This document shows, in pieces, positions 1-12,741 of a stretch of 64,000 bases of DNA; positions within the stretch are counted from its first letter, which is position 1; each line of letters opens with the position of its first letter. The notes below the pieces were generated by a model. That model worked only from the letters and a program-made list of their open reading frames with translations, was not told the DNA's origin and searched no databases. Location: assembly GCF_964194155.1 (NCBI RefSeq), contig NC_135896.1, positions 97,526,001-97,590,000 of the forward strand, written 5' to 3'. This stretch comes from Cetorhinus maximus (taxonomy: Eukaryota). The position numbers and the translations under genes were made by a program.

Positions 1-397
1 CACTCCCTCCACCACCGATGAACAGTGGCAGTGTGTGTGCCATCTACAAAATGCACTGCAGAAACTCACCAAGGGTCCTTAGGCAGCACCTTCCAAACCC
101 ACGACCACTACCATCTAGAAGGGCAAGGGCAACAGATACATGGGAACACCACCACCTGGAAGTTCCCCTCCAAGCCACTCACAATCATGACTTGGAAATA
201 TATCACTGTTCCTTCACTGTCACTGGGTCAAAATTCTGGAACTCCCTCCCCAACAGCACTGTGGGTGTGCCTGCACCACATGCACTCCAGTGGTTCAAGA
301 AGGCAGCTCACCACCACCTCCTCAAGGGCAACTAGGGATGGGCAATAAATGCTGGCCCTGATGGCAAAGCCCTCATCCTGTGAATGAATAGAAAAAG
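1..397 (+). mobile_element. 3' end of the tRNA-headed CR1-group LINE family (same family as 47585-50781)
   Basis: Closely matches 50388-50780; ORF 18..335 ends HHHLEVPLQ...SFTVTGSKFWNSLP...AAHHHLLKGN; AATAAA in the tail. Confidence 0.9.
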
Positions 398-824
398 GTC
401 ACATGTTAAAGCAACTTCTGGCAATTCAACAGTGGAAGCCACCACAGCTGCAGAAACAACTCTTAATACCTCAAGACCTTAACTTCAGACAATGCAATAC
501 CTCAACTTCAAAACATATCAGGCCTGCACTCAATGTGGACTAATATTGATTTATGTTTATGAGCATCATTTTATCTTCATTTTAAACTAATTTTTATGTG
601 TGTATGTGGTAGCAGCTTTACCTTTCCTTAGGTAACCTCCAGAGCGATAGAGTGAAATAAACTTACTGTTTCTTTTTCAAATAAAAAGGGTTTGCTGCTG
701 GGTGGGCTAATATTAAATTGAATGACCTACCCCGAGGGTAAAATGTACATCACACCCACACACATTGTTCACAGGGGACTTTGAGGAAACAACTCTTAAA
801 GCGTCTGTGACACATCTCGAATAT

Positions 825-925
825 TTTCTAGTTTTGAAGGAACATCATGGACCTGAAACGATAACTCCCTTTCTCATCCCACGGATGCCGTCTGGCCTGC
901 TAAACTTTCCCAACATTTTCAAGTT
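825..925 (+). mobile_element. Degenerate Penelope-like element tail fragment
   Basis: GGACCTGAAACGATAAC...GGATGCCGTCTGGCCTGCT resembles the tails at 7260-7400 and 28285-28380. Confidence 0.4.
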
Positions 926-1657
926 TAATATATGAAGTGCAGATGTGGTTTATAATGCATTGGTATCGCTGCATTGTGATCAATCCCAATAAGGTTGTGA
1001 GAAACATTTTCCTACTGTCATAGCTACGGTATAGGGAATTGGCAGAATCTCAGGAAGAACAACAAGGGAAGGAAACCAACAGAGGGCCAATAATATACCC
1101 CTCGCTTGTGAGAACATGCAAGCGCATTTTGCAGCAGTCTGGGATTGATTATCAAATTTTTAAGAAAATAAAGTCACCTGCTCCCCCTCCCAAAAAAGAC
1201 CATCGCTATTTTATTAAAAGCTCAGCGTCTAAAAGGGGAAGAGTTTAATATCGATGACCAAAATGTGTATTTGGAACAGAATGGATAATATGATTAATGG
1301 GCATGTTGCTGAAATCACTTGCACTTCAACGTCTATATTGCTAATGTCAAAAGTGTCACACTGTTTGTACTGTTTAGCACAGAAATATAGCAAAGTTCAG
1401 AAAAAGCAAGGTCTGTTCAAATGTTTACACTTTTCAAAAGCCATTTTCTTGGTTCCTATCCATTGCTTGCTTCCATTCAATCTCAGTCCTCTTACAAAGA
1501 CATAATTCATGGGCTTGTCATAAGCAGAAAATAATGCTGATAAATCTAAAACTGGACTTCGTATGAATATCTTCCAATTACTGGTTCTTACTAATAGCGA
1601 CAAAGACAGATATTGTCCCCTTCAACAGTGCAATTTTAAAACGCTAGCAGACAAGTC

Positions 1658-1785
1658 GGGCGGAATTTTATGGGATCCTCCCACTGGTGGGATTTTCCGG
1701 TCCCGCCAAAGTCAATGGACTTTTGAACGGCTCGCTGCATTTTACAGCCCCACCCCCGCCGCAACGGGGCTGTAAAATTCTGCCT
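1658..1785. mobile_element. Small PIF/Harbinger-type MITE (~128 bp)
   Basis: TIRs GGGCGGAATTTTA / TAAAATTCTGCCT; flanks GTC/GTA; a related copy in opposite orientation at 34819-34949. Confidence 0.7.
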
Positions 1786-2384
1786 GTAGTTCAATAGTTT
1801 TGACCAGGAAGCTATAAATTCCAGACCTCAATAACTAGGAAATTTTATTTTCAAACATAGTTGTTCTGAAATATTTGTTCCATTTGAAAATCATCTTCAG
1901 GACTGGTTCGATTAGCCTGCTAAAATAGCAAGCCTTCCATAACTTTCTCATTAAATGTGAGGAGTAAAATGAGCTTACTGATGAGACTCAACTGCTGGCC
2001 TTCCATCTCAGTTTAGATGTGGGGATATTGTCAGAAGCAAGACTCCGTTGGTTTTATTGGAAGAGATTTTCAATCTCAAGCAGCTCTTTATAACACAGAG
2101 GATCAGGGAGATGGACTCCAGCATTGATTTGTAAGAATTCAGTTAGTACACAGCAGTAAGTCCTGAGACATACATTTTGTAGTAATTCACTGCTATCGAC
2201 TTACTTTTACGCTGGGATTTTATTCCCTTAAATGAATGAAAGAAAAATGTACATGTTATAATGCCATTGTTTTAGTTCCCTCATACAAAACATAAAATAA
2301 TATTTGTTATTTTGTTAAACAAAAATATATCTTTTATTATTGCTCTATTGTCTTTTTCTTACCTCCACCTCTCCTTCCAATCTT

Positions 2385-2770
2385 GGGGAGGTGATGGTGT
2401 AATGGTATTGTCACTGGACTGGTAATCCAGAGAACCAGGGTGATGCTCTGGGGACCTGGGTTCCAATCCCACCATGGTGGATGGTGGAATTTGAATTCAA
2501 TAAGAACCTGGAATTAAAAGTCTAATGATGACCATGAAACCACTGCCGATTGTCATTAAAAAAAACCCTCACTACTGTCCTTTAAGGAAGGAAATCTGAC
2601 GTCCTTACCTGGTCTGGTCTGGCCTACATGTAACTCCAGACCCACAGCAATGTGGTTGACTCTTAAATACCTGCTGAAATAGCCTAGCAAGTCACTGAGA
2701 GTTCAAGGGCAATTAGGGATGGGTAATAAATGCAGGTCTAGCCAGTGACGTCCACATCCCATGAACAAAT
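2385..2770 (+). mobile_element. tRNA-derived SINE, non-autonomous partner of the 47585 LINE
   Basis: A box TGGTGTAATGG, B box GGTTCCAATCC; body matches 47585-47867, tail matches 50707-50775. Confidence 0.9.
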
Positions 2771-4990
2771 CATCTCTCTTGAAGCTGGCATTCATGCTAA
2801 GTAGTTCTCTCCAGACCCTGAGCAAAGAGGCCATGCTTCAAGTATGAGCCTACACAATGAGTATTGACAATGAGTATTGGCAGGCTGTTCAGTTGTGCAC
2901 ATTACTTCAGTCAAAGCCTAGCCCAAACTTCGTCCAGTGTCTAAACAAGTGTTCCTGTTTCATCATAGGTCACTGAATAATTACCATGAATAAGAGCTAT
3001 GGGGAAACCATTTTTCTACATAGCCTGCGAGAGAAGAGAGGACAATTGTAGTTCCTTCAAAACTAACCAAGCAGAGATCAGCAGCCTCAGTTCAGAACCG
3101 GGCAGATAACTGGGCATTCACGATTTGTGTGTTAATCACATATCTGCACCACAAATGGTGCATCTGCCATTAAGTCAACCACTCTCTGTACATTCAAATA
3201 AAAAACGCATACACAATGGCCGGAGTTTTCCGGCCCCATGGGGTGGGCCAATATGGCGAGAAGGCCAAAAATCAGTTTCACGCCAGCTTGAAAGCACAGC
3301 GGGATTATCCGATGGTGTCCGCCATGGTGGAACGCCAATCCCACTGGAGGCCGGCGTGAACCCCATTGGCATCCCGGTAACGGGATGCAAAGTAAGGCCC
3401 GGCCTGAATCAACCCCCCCCGCCAACGCCTGATTTACCATTACACTGGCGGGAAAACACCCCGGCCCAGATCACGTCTGGACAAGTGAGACATGCAGAAG
3501 TCAGGACTTAGCGTCAGGGCCTTGCTCACAATGCGGACATCAGAGGAGAAGATGATGCTGGAGCCCTACAGCTACCGGACCCTGGAGGAACACGTGCATC
3601 GCGCGCCGGGTGGATCCTCATAGACACGGCTCTGCCGCGTAGCAGCTTACGGAAAGTAGGAGGTCTCAGTTGATGCTTTGGGCCTGCATTGGAACATCAT
3701 GGCCATGGCCAGGGGCTGCTACAGATGATCGGCGAGGGGGGAGGGGAGGAAGGTCCAGCTGTGAGTGGGAGAGGAAGGGGTACTGTGGGAGAGGGGGGGG
3801 TGTAAGGTTGGAAAGGGGGGAAATAAAGGTGTCGGGGGTGGGTGCAGGTGGTGGGGGGAGGGAGGGTGAAAGTGTCAGGGGGTGGTGAGGTTGGAAGGGG
3901 GAGGAAGGAGTATGGGGAAGGGAGAGTGTAGCCAGGGAGAATACAGCAAGTGAGGAGGTAGGTGTAAGGGGGGAGGTAGGTGTAACGAAGGGAGCTCAGG
4001 GGGGAGGTGTTTAGGGGGAGGTGGGAGTTTGGAGAGGGGTAGATGTCTGGGGGGAGTATAGAGTTCGGATGGGGAAAGGTGTCTCGGGAAAGGAGGAGAA
4101 AGGGTGGAGGAGGGAGTAAGGGGATGGGGGATGTCCAGGTGAATGTGCAAGGGACGGGTCTGTGGAGTCAATGACTGCCTCCTGGGGACCAAACTGAGGG
4201 TGGACGTGGGAGGCATTGGTGAGTGTGAGAGGGGGCAGAAGGAGCTGGAGGATGGGAGGGTGAGGGTGTGACGGTAGCGGCAGAAGGGATGGTAAAGGTG
4301 GTTGTTGGGGACTCGGAGGCAGACACGGACCCTGGGGATGTGGTGGAGGAGGTTGGGGAGGTCAATGTTAAAGGGGGTGGGATTCTCAGGAAGGTGGGAA
4401 CGTGCACACTCACCTGGACACCCTGGGAAGAAAGGGTTCGGGTTGGTAGGTGACAGTGGGGAGGTGGAAGGTGATACCAGGGGGGTCGACAGTCATGGGG
4501 GAAAGGACATGGGTATCTGGGTGAGGGGAAAGGATGGGGGAACTGATCAAAAATTGGTAACGACCATTGCTGTCAAAATCAAAAGTGAGCAGAATTCATG
4601 TTGGATGGGCACAGGTGCTGCCTGGGAGTGAGGTCAGTGGCTGGGCGGAGATGCAGATTGGCTCAAATGGACAACTGAAACAGAGCTCCAGCAGGCAGCA
4701 TTGAAAATGCTCAGGACAGTGAGATGAGTGTGATGGATGAAGGCTCCATGTGTTTGGGAAAGTGCTTGCACGAGGCTCCGATAGGCCCTGTCACACCCAC
4801 ACATCTCCCTCCAGAATCACTTGTGGTCCAGCTGTGTGCAGCTGAACTGCTAGTGGGGTGAATGCAGGGGGAGGACTCGCGAAGCCTGACAATGAGGCTG
4901 AAAGAAAACATTACACATTATTCAGTGAAAGTGAATATATTTTCAGATTATAAATTGACAAAATGTGTTCACCTGTGCAACCACTTGTGA

Positions 4991-6724
4991 TCAAATTTAT
5001 TAACTTTTCTAGGCCTACCACTTCTTCTAGGTGCTGCCCTGACATCCGCAGCAGGGGTGGAGACAGCCTGTGCGATGGTTGGCCCTGTTGCCTCTGATGG
5101 TCTCTGCGTGCATCCTCTGGAGAGCTGAGGCCTTGAGGTCCTCGGCATCCTTTGGCTGTCTTCCTGTGGGCCAGCTGCTCCCTCTGTGGTGACAGAGGAT
5201 AAGGTTAAAGGGGGTCACAGGAAAATGGGGCCTTGGAGGGAGAGGACAGCCCATGAGATTCCTGACCCAGGGGTGTCCAGCTGCCAATCCTCCTCCCTTC
5301 AGGTGCTCAAGGGCCCCGGCCTGAATTCTTTGATGGGAAGAAGCACTTGGACGGACATCAAGGTGCCTTGTTTCCCTCTCAGTTTGCCACTGCAGAAACT
5401 CATCCATGGCTACTGCGATGGAGTGCAGTTCTGTATGCATCTCTGAGTATTACTGGAACAGGGTTTCCATGGCATCCGCCATCTTCCCCATGGATGTCTC
5501 CATGTGTGCACATGTGGGCACCAGTTTATCAAAGAGCAGGCAGACGCACACCTGCAACGTGTCTGCCGCTCTGTTGAGGGCTCCCAACAGCTCTGCACGA
5601 TGTTCTCCCGCCTTCTGCTGACTCTCCAGGATGAGTTGGAAGGCCGAATCCAGAGGCTCGTCATCTGGCTCGGGCCTCACAGATGCCTCTTACCCAGCAT
5701 CCTCCGAGTGCTGGGGAGCTCGGCTGAACCTGCCTCCTCCTGCTGTGGACACATGTCTGTAAAGTGACCACCAGATTGTGAACCCGAGCCTGCTCTAGAT
5801 CTAGGTCCCACCGAGGTGTATGTCTCTGCGCTGGTGGAGGATGTGGGTAAGTGATGTGATGGGTCTTCCTGGCTGCTTATTTCCAGCTCTTCAATGGACG
5901 AGGTGAACTCTTGGCTGGAGGTGAGGTCTTGGATGGAGCTGAGGGACTGGCTGGCTGAGGATGTGGGTCACTTGGTAGAGCTCCCTGTGAACCAAAGTAG
6001 AGGGAATTAACGAATGGCAGCAGAGTCAAAAGCAGGAGAGAGAGCACTCACAGTTGTGTTGAGAGAGGGATGATGTGGTACAGGATCCTCACGTGGGTGT
6101 TCACCGTCAACCTCACCATCGCCACAGGCAGGGTCCACAACCTCACCAGCTAAACACAATGGCACGTTCCTCAAAGTGAGTGAGGGGCCTAATGTGGGTC
6201 ACTCCACCCCTGGTCTGGGATCTCTTCCTGCTGTTGTGAGTCAGCTTCTCCTGCATGAAAACAGATGGAGAGAGTGTGAGCAGGACACATGGCTCTGTGT
6301 GGAATGTTTGTGTGGTGAGCGGAGCCATGGACAGGATGAGGACGTGAGTTCCAGAGGACATGAGCCTGATGGAGATGTGAGGGTGTGTGTGAGAGTTAGT
6401 GGGGTTGTCCCTTGAGGTGTGAGATCCCTGTGGGTGTGTGATGGGTTTGTGAGTGTGTGAGTTGAGAGCGATTGACTTACTCTGGCAGAACAGATGAGAT
6501 CGTTTATCCTCTTCCTGCACTGGATGGCTGACCTCCTCTGTGCTATGGTGTGGCTCTGACCACCACTGTTGCCGCCTCCCAGGCCAGATTGGTGGCTCTG
6601 GTGGACCCCCTGCAGCCAGAGCAGGGGTAGAGGACATCGTGGCACCTTCCACTGTGTCCAGCAGGCACCCCGGGGAGGCATCACTAAATTTGGGGGCTGC
6701 CGTCTTCTTTGCTTTCGGGGCCAT
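4991..6724 (-). pseudogene. Harbinger Myb/SANT-like DNA-binding protein gene, three exons (approx. 6724-6481, 6250-6052, 5984-4991), frameshifted
   Basis: MAPKAKKTAAPKFSDAS..LLDTVE; RRSAIQCRKRINDLICSAR followed by a GTAAGT donor; EKLTHNSRKRSQTRGG; C-terminal RRSGRPRK. Confidence 0.8.
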
Positions 6725-6774
6725 CTATTGCCTGGAGCAGTCCCGGTCTGAAGACGTGAAGCAGTCTGTGCTCT

Positions 6775-6800
6775 GGTGCGCTTTAAATATGGCGCCGGGA
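6775..6800 (-). promoter_or_regulatory. Putative TATA-like core promoter of the Myb/SANT gene
   Basis: Minus strand GCGCCATATTTAAAG; a similar motif lies just upstream of the gene in the other copies (~21985, ~54768). Confidence 0.45.
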
Positions 6801-6998
6801 GTGAGGAAGCGCTGAGGTTACAGTATGGCGGGAAAATCTGAGCCTGTCCGCCAGCGGTCCGGAGTGTTTCCCGCCAATGCATTATTAATGAGGCTGGGAC
6901 GTGCCGGGAATGGGGCGAAACAGCGCCAAAACCTGCCAGTGCGGCCGGCGGGTAAAACAATTTATTTTCCCGCCCACTACCCCACTTTGTGCAAATCT

Positions 6999-7401
6999 AA
7001 ATTGTTTCATCTCTACCTTTTAGCCTATTTTGATCCCTTCCCTTCACCCCACCCCCACTAGGGCTATCTGTACCTTGCTTGTCCTGCTTTCTACCCTTAA
7101 TTAGCACATTCCTTAGATAATATCACCACCTTCAACACCTCTTTGTCCTTTTGTCTGTGACATCTTTTGGTTATCTCCACCTATCACTGACCCTCTATCC
7201 AGCTCTACCTGTCCCCCCCCACCCTTAAACCAGCTTATATTTCACCTCTTTTCTATTTTTACTTAGTTCTGTTGAAGAGTCATACGGACTCTAAACATTA
7301 ACTGTGTTCCTCTCCGCAGATGCTGCCAGACCTGCTGAGTTTTTCCAGGTATTTTTATTTTTGTTTTGGATTTCCAGCATCCGCAGTTTTTTTGCTTTTA
7401 T
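6999..7401 (+). mobile_element. Penelope-like element 3'/pLTR fragment with a hammerhead-like motif, inserted in the Harbinger right end
   Basis: 14-bp TSD CTTTGTGCAAATCT (6985-6998, 7402-7415); matches the reverse complement of 60639-61000. Confidence 0.85.
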
Positions 7402-7694
7402 CTTTGTGCAAATCTGGGGTGATTCCACCCAATGCACCAAAGTGATTTAACAAATAAGTTTACCGTTCCGTGGCTGAGATTCTAACACAAACCAACATTT
7501 TTCTGTTTAAAGATGGGCTGAGGCACAACAATTGACATATGCTCCCAATTTAGAGTTTAGCCTTTGATGATCAGGATTGAATTTGACTGATGAGGATGTT
7601 TCATACAGTTTACAAAAGAAATTAAAGCCTGGCCCTAGTTCTGTTTAAATGTCACAACATCGCAAATATTTACTAATCTAGGAAAGCTAACTTC

Positions 7695-8090
7695 AGGTAT
7701 GAAGGTAGATTGGAGAAGTTCGGACTGTTTTCCTTGGAGAAAAGGCAGCCGAGAGGAGATTTGATAGAGGTATTCAAAATCATGAGGCGTCTGGATAAGC
7801 AGATAGGGAGAAACTGTTCCCACTCGTGGGAAAGGGTCGAGAACCAGAGGGCACGGATTGAAAGTATTTGGCAAGAGGAGCAAAAGCGATATGACAAAAA
7901 AACTTTTTCACTCAGCCAGTGGTTAGGGCCTGGAATGCACTGCCTGTGAGTGTGGTGGAGGCAGATTCAATCAATGCATTTAAATTAGAATTAGACTCTT
8001 ATCTGAAAAGGAAGAATATACAGGAATACGGGGAGAAGGTGGGAGAATGGCACTAAACAGTCGCTCGTTTGGAGAGCTGGTGATTCTGTG
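7695..8090 (+). mobile_element. CR1 LINE 3' fragment
   Basis: LEKFGLFSLEKRQPRGDLIEVFKIMR. Confidence 0.85.
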
Positions 8091-8479
8091 AATGGAAAGG
8101 AAATGATTGGCTAATACAAGTATAATACATGAAAATAGTAAGAACAATTCACTTTAAAAGCCAAAAGGAACAGGGTAAATTTAATATGGTAGAAACAGAG
8201 GCTTATTGACATTCTACTGGCGAGGATAAAAATATCCACAGCACATTTAAGATATCTCTAAATGATTTGGCCAGTAAGATAAATCCTGCTTGAGCTCTAG
8301 GATGCATTTATTATCACACTACAAATTGTTAAACTGTGAATTAAATTTTTGACCACGCAACGTCTCTTCCTGACCCACGTTAGCTGATACCGTCATTAGT
8401 ATCCCCTCCTCTGGGACTGTCCCTCACCTTTCTGATGTCATCATGCTCTCCTCAAAAAACACCTTCTTGACCCCCCCCC

Positions 8480-8980
8480 CCACCATTCAATATGGTCAGG
8501 GCTGATCTTCAGCGTCACTCCCCATGTCCCTTAGTTCCCTGAGAGACCAAAAATCCGTCTATCCCAAACTTAAGTGTATTCGATGACGGAGCATCTACAA
8601 CCCTGTGGGGTAGAGAAATCCAAAGATTCACAACCCTTTGAGTGAAATAATTTCTCCTCATCTCAGTCCTAAATGATCGTCCCCTTATCCTGAGACTGTG
8701 CCCCCGTGTTTTAGATTCGCCAACCAGCGGAAACAAATCTCTCAGTGTCTATTCTGTCAAGCCATTCAGAATCTTGTATGTGTAAATGAGATCACCTCTC
8801 ATTCTTTTCACCTCCAGGGAATATGGGCCCAACTCAACCTCTGATCACAGGACAACTCTCTCACCCCAGGGATCAATCTAGTGAACCTTGGTCCAAAGCA
8901 AGTATACCCTTCCTTAAATATGGAAGCCAAAACTGCACACAGTATTCCAAGTGTGATCTCATCAAAGCCATGTCCTATTG
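8480..8980 (-). mobile_element. CR1 LINE 3' fragment
   Basis: FPLVGESKTRGHSLRIRGRSFRTEMRRNYFTQRVVNLW. Confidence 0.85.
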
Positions 8981-10749
8981 TGGCACGACGTCTATATTCC
9001 CACCCCCTCATCTGCCTGCCTGAAATGGAGACCAGAATATTAAGCAGTAGGCGACTGTTGGCAGGAACCAAAGGAGCCAGTGCCCAGGTAAATGGTAGGG
9101 ATGAGGTTTTGGGAGGGTCTTGCAAATGGATAAGAGGGGAAGCGCCGCTCAGGAGAACTCTAAATTCTCAGGACTACTCCTCTGGGCCCCTGTAAGTATA
9201 TTTCTTTTAAAAAACTACTTGTTTGGGCCACTTCTGCCCCCCGGCAACTCTTTACATTGTTCTCACCCAGTAGGAAAGCTGGGATTGCTTCTCCATATAG
9301 GCCAAGGTTCAAAATGCAACTGGGCCCTGTTTATGATGTTGGATCTGCTCGTTTAATGGGCTACTGCGGCCTGCTCAGGGGAGCAGGTTAAAATTCCAAA
9401 CAGCAAGAATCAGTGCAGGTTGTTAGCAAATAAGCCACTCAGCCAATTTTGACTGCATCCGTCCAGTTCCTGCCAAGCTGGTAGGGATGAAAATCGCCCT
9501 GTTGGTTCTTGTTGGCATGGTGATGCAGAATTGTTTTGTTGCCCACATAATGGGGTTGTTTTTTGTTGCTGAAACGTAAATTGAACTGAACAGAGTGAAA
9601 TTTGCAAGGAATCCCCAAGTTGGTTAAGTTTGGGTTACAAGTTCATCCCTAAACATTCACAGCATCGCCAATGGTGAAACACAACACAGTTCATAATTGT
9701 CAATTTGTCTGAAAATGTTGGGCTAGGGATCACAGCAGTTTGTTAACTCTGCTCACAGCCTGTTTATCTAAACCTCTGAAAAACCAGCAAAATTTCCTCT
9801 TTTATATTTAAAGTGATTACTGACTCATATCTGTAGTTCTTGCAAGCCAAAGAGACATTATGTCATGCATTTTTCATAGCCTTGTTCCTCCAAAGCTTAT
9901 TATGTGTAAGGGTTAGGTTCTATGTGACTGTTTCAGGGAGAGGAAACTGTGGCTTCTCGCTCACATCCTCAGCTTAAAGGGTCTCAGCTTTTAAAAAAAA
10001 ATGAAGTAATTGTATGGAGCTGTGTCACAATGACATTGCAATATGCCTCCTTCCCTATCTTTTACCTTGTGTGCAAGTGGACAAATGGCTTTAGCAGAAT
10101 TTGGGGGTTTGGGGCTATGATCCTGATGTGGGGGGTCAAATGGGGGTCCCCACCCCCCCCACACAGCTTGGGGAAACGGGCAGCCGGCCGTGGTTTTTCC
10201 CTGAACTGGTTCAGTTAGTGGCCAGAGGGGGTGCCACTCTCAGCGGGTGGGTTATCAAAGCTGGAGGGCCAATTATTGTGCCTGCCTACTTCCACATGGG
10301 GGCAAAACATTCTCCATTTTGTGTTACAATTAGAGTGGGAAGAGGTTGAAGGATGTTATTAGAGGAACGGAACACTTGGTAATTCCAAAACGAAAACTGA
10401 ACTGTTATAAATGGGCGGTCAGTGTCGAGAATTCCCGGATTGATTATACCCGGTCCAGATTCTGGTAAGGCTCTCTCTGTGCTGGCCTTTTGGGCCTTAG
10501 CTACAACCTCAGAAGTTCACTTATCAGTCTGGCATTGCAGTGATATTATATATTAACTCCTCCCAACAATCCAACCGCACATCATGGAAGGAAAACATCT
10601 CCGGACCATTGTACTCTACAGAAGGAAGATGAACATTTATGCTTTCCCAGATTTAACATGACTTGTGTGTCATTTCTTTTTCTTTTGGTTTCGCATTTTT
10701 AACTGTTAAACAATCACAAGAAAACAGATTATTTGGTTACACCCACGTT

Positions 10750-10860
10750 GTTCTTTGTGGGATCTTGCTGTGCGCACATCGGATGCCACGTTCCTACATT
10801 ACAGCAGGATCAACCGAAGTGTTTTGGGATGCTCTGACATCATGAACGGTGCTATATAAA
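10750..10860 (+). mobile_element. Deu-type (SacSINE1-like) SINE 3' fragment
   Basis: TTTGTGGGATCTTGCTGTG...CCTACATTACA...GCTATATAAA; reverse-complement match to 28765-28925. Confidence 0.55.
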
Positions 10861-11694
10861 CTCAGAACTTTATTTTGTAAACTCTTTCGCTCGGTCATCA
10901 TCCATAAAGTCTTTTCACTTGATTGTTGAAGACAGGCTTAAGCACAGCTTGAGTCCTTGGCTTTCATTCATTCATCCATTTATTTATGAATTAATTATCC
11001 ATCTAGCTATCCAGCCTCTACAGCATGTCTTATTTGCTACTTTAGTTTAACACCTGCTGAAGCAGCAAGATGACATTTTCATTTCCATGAACAGCTAAAC
11101 TGCCGGCCTCCAGGAAAGAGATTGAACAAACACACCATGAAAATAATATGTGGCAGCAATGGCAATTGACGTTCACTGACACAGTGCAGGTAAGACCGTC
11201 ACTCATCGATCTGTTTACACAAATTATTTACTTTCCACGGGTGGCTGTTAGCAGCTATGAGTAGATAATAAACAGAAATATACATTAGTGTCTGGCCGAA
11301 AAAAAAAACTAATTGATTGTCTTGCCAGCTTGTTTGCTCCAAACCCTTATTTACTCTGCACCCCTGTACATGCTGGATGTATTTTTTCTTAAACAGAGTT
11401 TAAAATCAACTTTTAGCTTTGTCTCATATATTCTGATGGAGATCCAGTGTGAGGTTATTGAATGATGTAATGTGAAGAAATCTACACCAGGAAAGATATT
11501 AAAGTGAATTTAACCTCCCCAAAAATATTTTCTTTAATGACACACATTAAATTAAACAGGACAGAAACTGGGAGTGGGCGGTTTATGATATATTAAAACT
11601 ATTTCCAGTTAATGTTGACTTGTGATAGACGCCTTAATTTCACAAGTCTGAAGAGCAAGCAGTAATGTGGCCCTTTGAGTTTTTAAATACTCAC

Positions 11695-11753
11695 CGTGCA
11701 TCCATGTTTAACCACAAGCCATTGCAGACTCAGCAACTTGGTCCAGTAATCTC
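11695..11753 (-). other. Candidate 59-nt exon of an unidentified minus-strand transcript
   Basis: Acceptor TTTTGTCTACAG, donor ACG|GTGAGT; open frame DYWTKLLSLQWLVVKHGCT, or a Kozak-like AAACATGG start. Confidence 0.3.
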
Positions 11754-12056
11754 CTGTAGACAAAATAAATCATTCAGAATTTCAGCTCTACATGCGGCCT
11801 AACCAATCCTTAAAAAAATATACTGACTTGGAGCTGAGAAATGCAGGAGTCCTTCTCCTGGCTCTACTACAGTGCAGAAAACCATTACATGCCCTTGCTA
11901 AGCTCCCTCACGCACACCCCTATCACCACCCCACCCTTTCCTTTTCCCAATTGCAGCCTCCTCTATCCCGGTTACTTTTCTCCCACCTGATCATTCCATG
12001 CCCTCCCTCCCAGAACCTGTCCATTTAACCATTAGTGTAAAGAATAAAATATAAAA

Positions 12057-12648
12057 TGTGACTGTGGTACGTGGAAATCATTTTAAGGAAGGGTTCCAAT
12101 CTGGGAGGTCAGTTTTTAAGATTGTCCTGGACGGCTGCTGGTGCCGCAGCAACCCACGATTGAAATCCTCTTTGCCAGCGAGCTGCCTGTGGGTGTCCAG
12201 CAGGCACCTCCAGCCCATCAGTCCTAGTGTCAACAAGGATTGAGGCAGGATAATGGGTGTGCGCCAGGTCAACCCGTTCTGCTGCAGGGGTCAGTTTCTG
12301 CACCCGGTTTGTACTGTACCAGCACTGAACCAGCTTTGATCCAATGGGTTTCTGAAAACGTTCCTTCCATTGTGAAGGTAGAAGTGTTGAGAGAAACCCT
12401 GAATCATAACAATGACTTCAAATTGGAAGGTACAGTCTTAAAATTTGACCTCCCAGATTGGAATCCTTCCTTAAGGGACTGCGTACATTGTGTACAATAG
12501 TCTAGTAGAAGCCAGCATGGAGATAGTACCTATTCAGGGCTATACCTTGGAGATGTATACAGTTATGCATTACCAATAAACCATTTAATGTTCAACCATA
12601 CAAGCCTCCATGCCTCTTCATGAGAAACAAAACAAACCCTTACAACAG
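12057..12648 (+). mobile_element. Possible solo LTR interrupted by the TTAA MITE
   Basis: TGT...ACA ends, AATAAA near 12575; no clear TSD. Confidence 0.3.
12087..12470. mobile_element. MITE with ~40-bp TIRs and TTAA flanks (Kolobok-like)
   Basis: TTAA|GGAAGGGTTCCAATCTGGGAGGTCA ... TGACCTCCCAGATTGGAATCCTTCC|TTAA. Confidence 0.8.
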
Positions 12649-12741
12649 ATATATTCTTCAGTGTATTTTAATCACGTATTTATCAAGTTTATCGCATGAC
12701 CATTTTTACTTAAATCAAACACAGCCAGTCCGTAAGATGTA

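Larger units (their letters stand above)
3218..7430. mobile_element. Non-autonomous Harbinger DNA transposon carrying a Myb/SANT gene, copy 1
   Basis: Ends GGCCGGAGTT / GATTCCACCC; 3-bp TSD AAT (3215-3217, 7431-7433); colinear with 18394-22193. Confidence 0.85.

Noticed and set aside
3670-4631. Gly-rich and Pro-rich ORFs (also 18990-19782, 40609-40881, 51522-52216)
   Set aside because: Artefacts of G/C-skewed low-complexity DNA.
6241-6960. 239-aa and 193-aa ORFs as intact genes
   Set aside because: They are pieces of a frameshifted Myb exon reading into the intron.
8990-10470. GC-rich patches (also ~38620-39440 and ~42900-43020)
   Set aside because: Probably old Harbinger MITE remnants, but the ends could not be defined.
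11095-11189. Plus-strand 95-nt exon-like segment with an open frame
   Set aside because: Peptide not recognised and no partner exons; compatible with chance.
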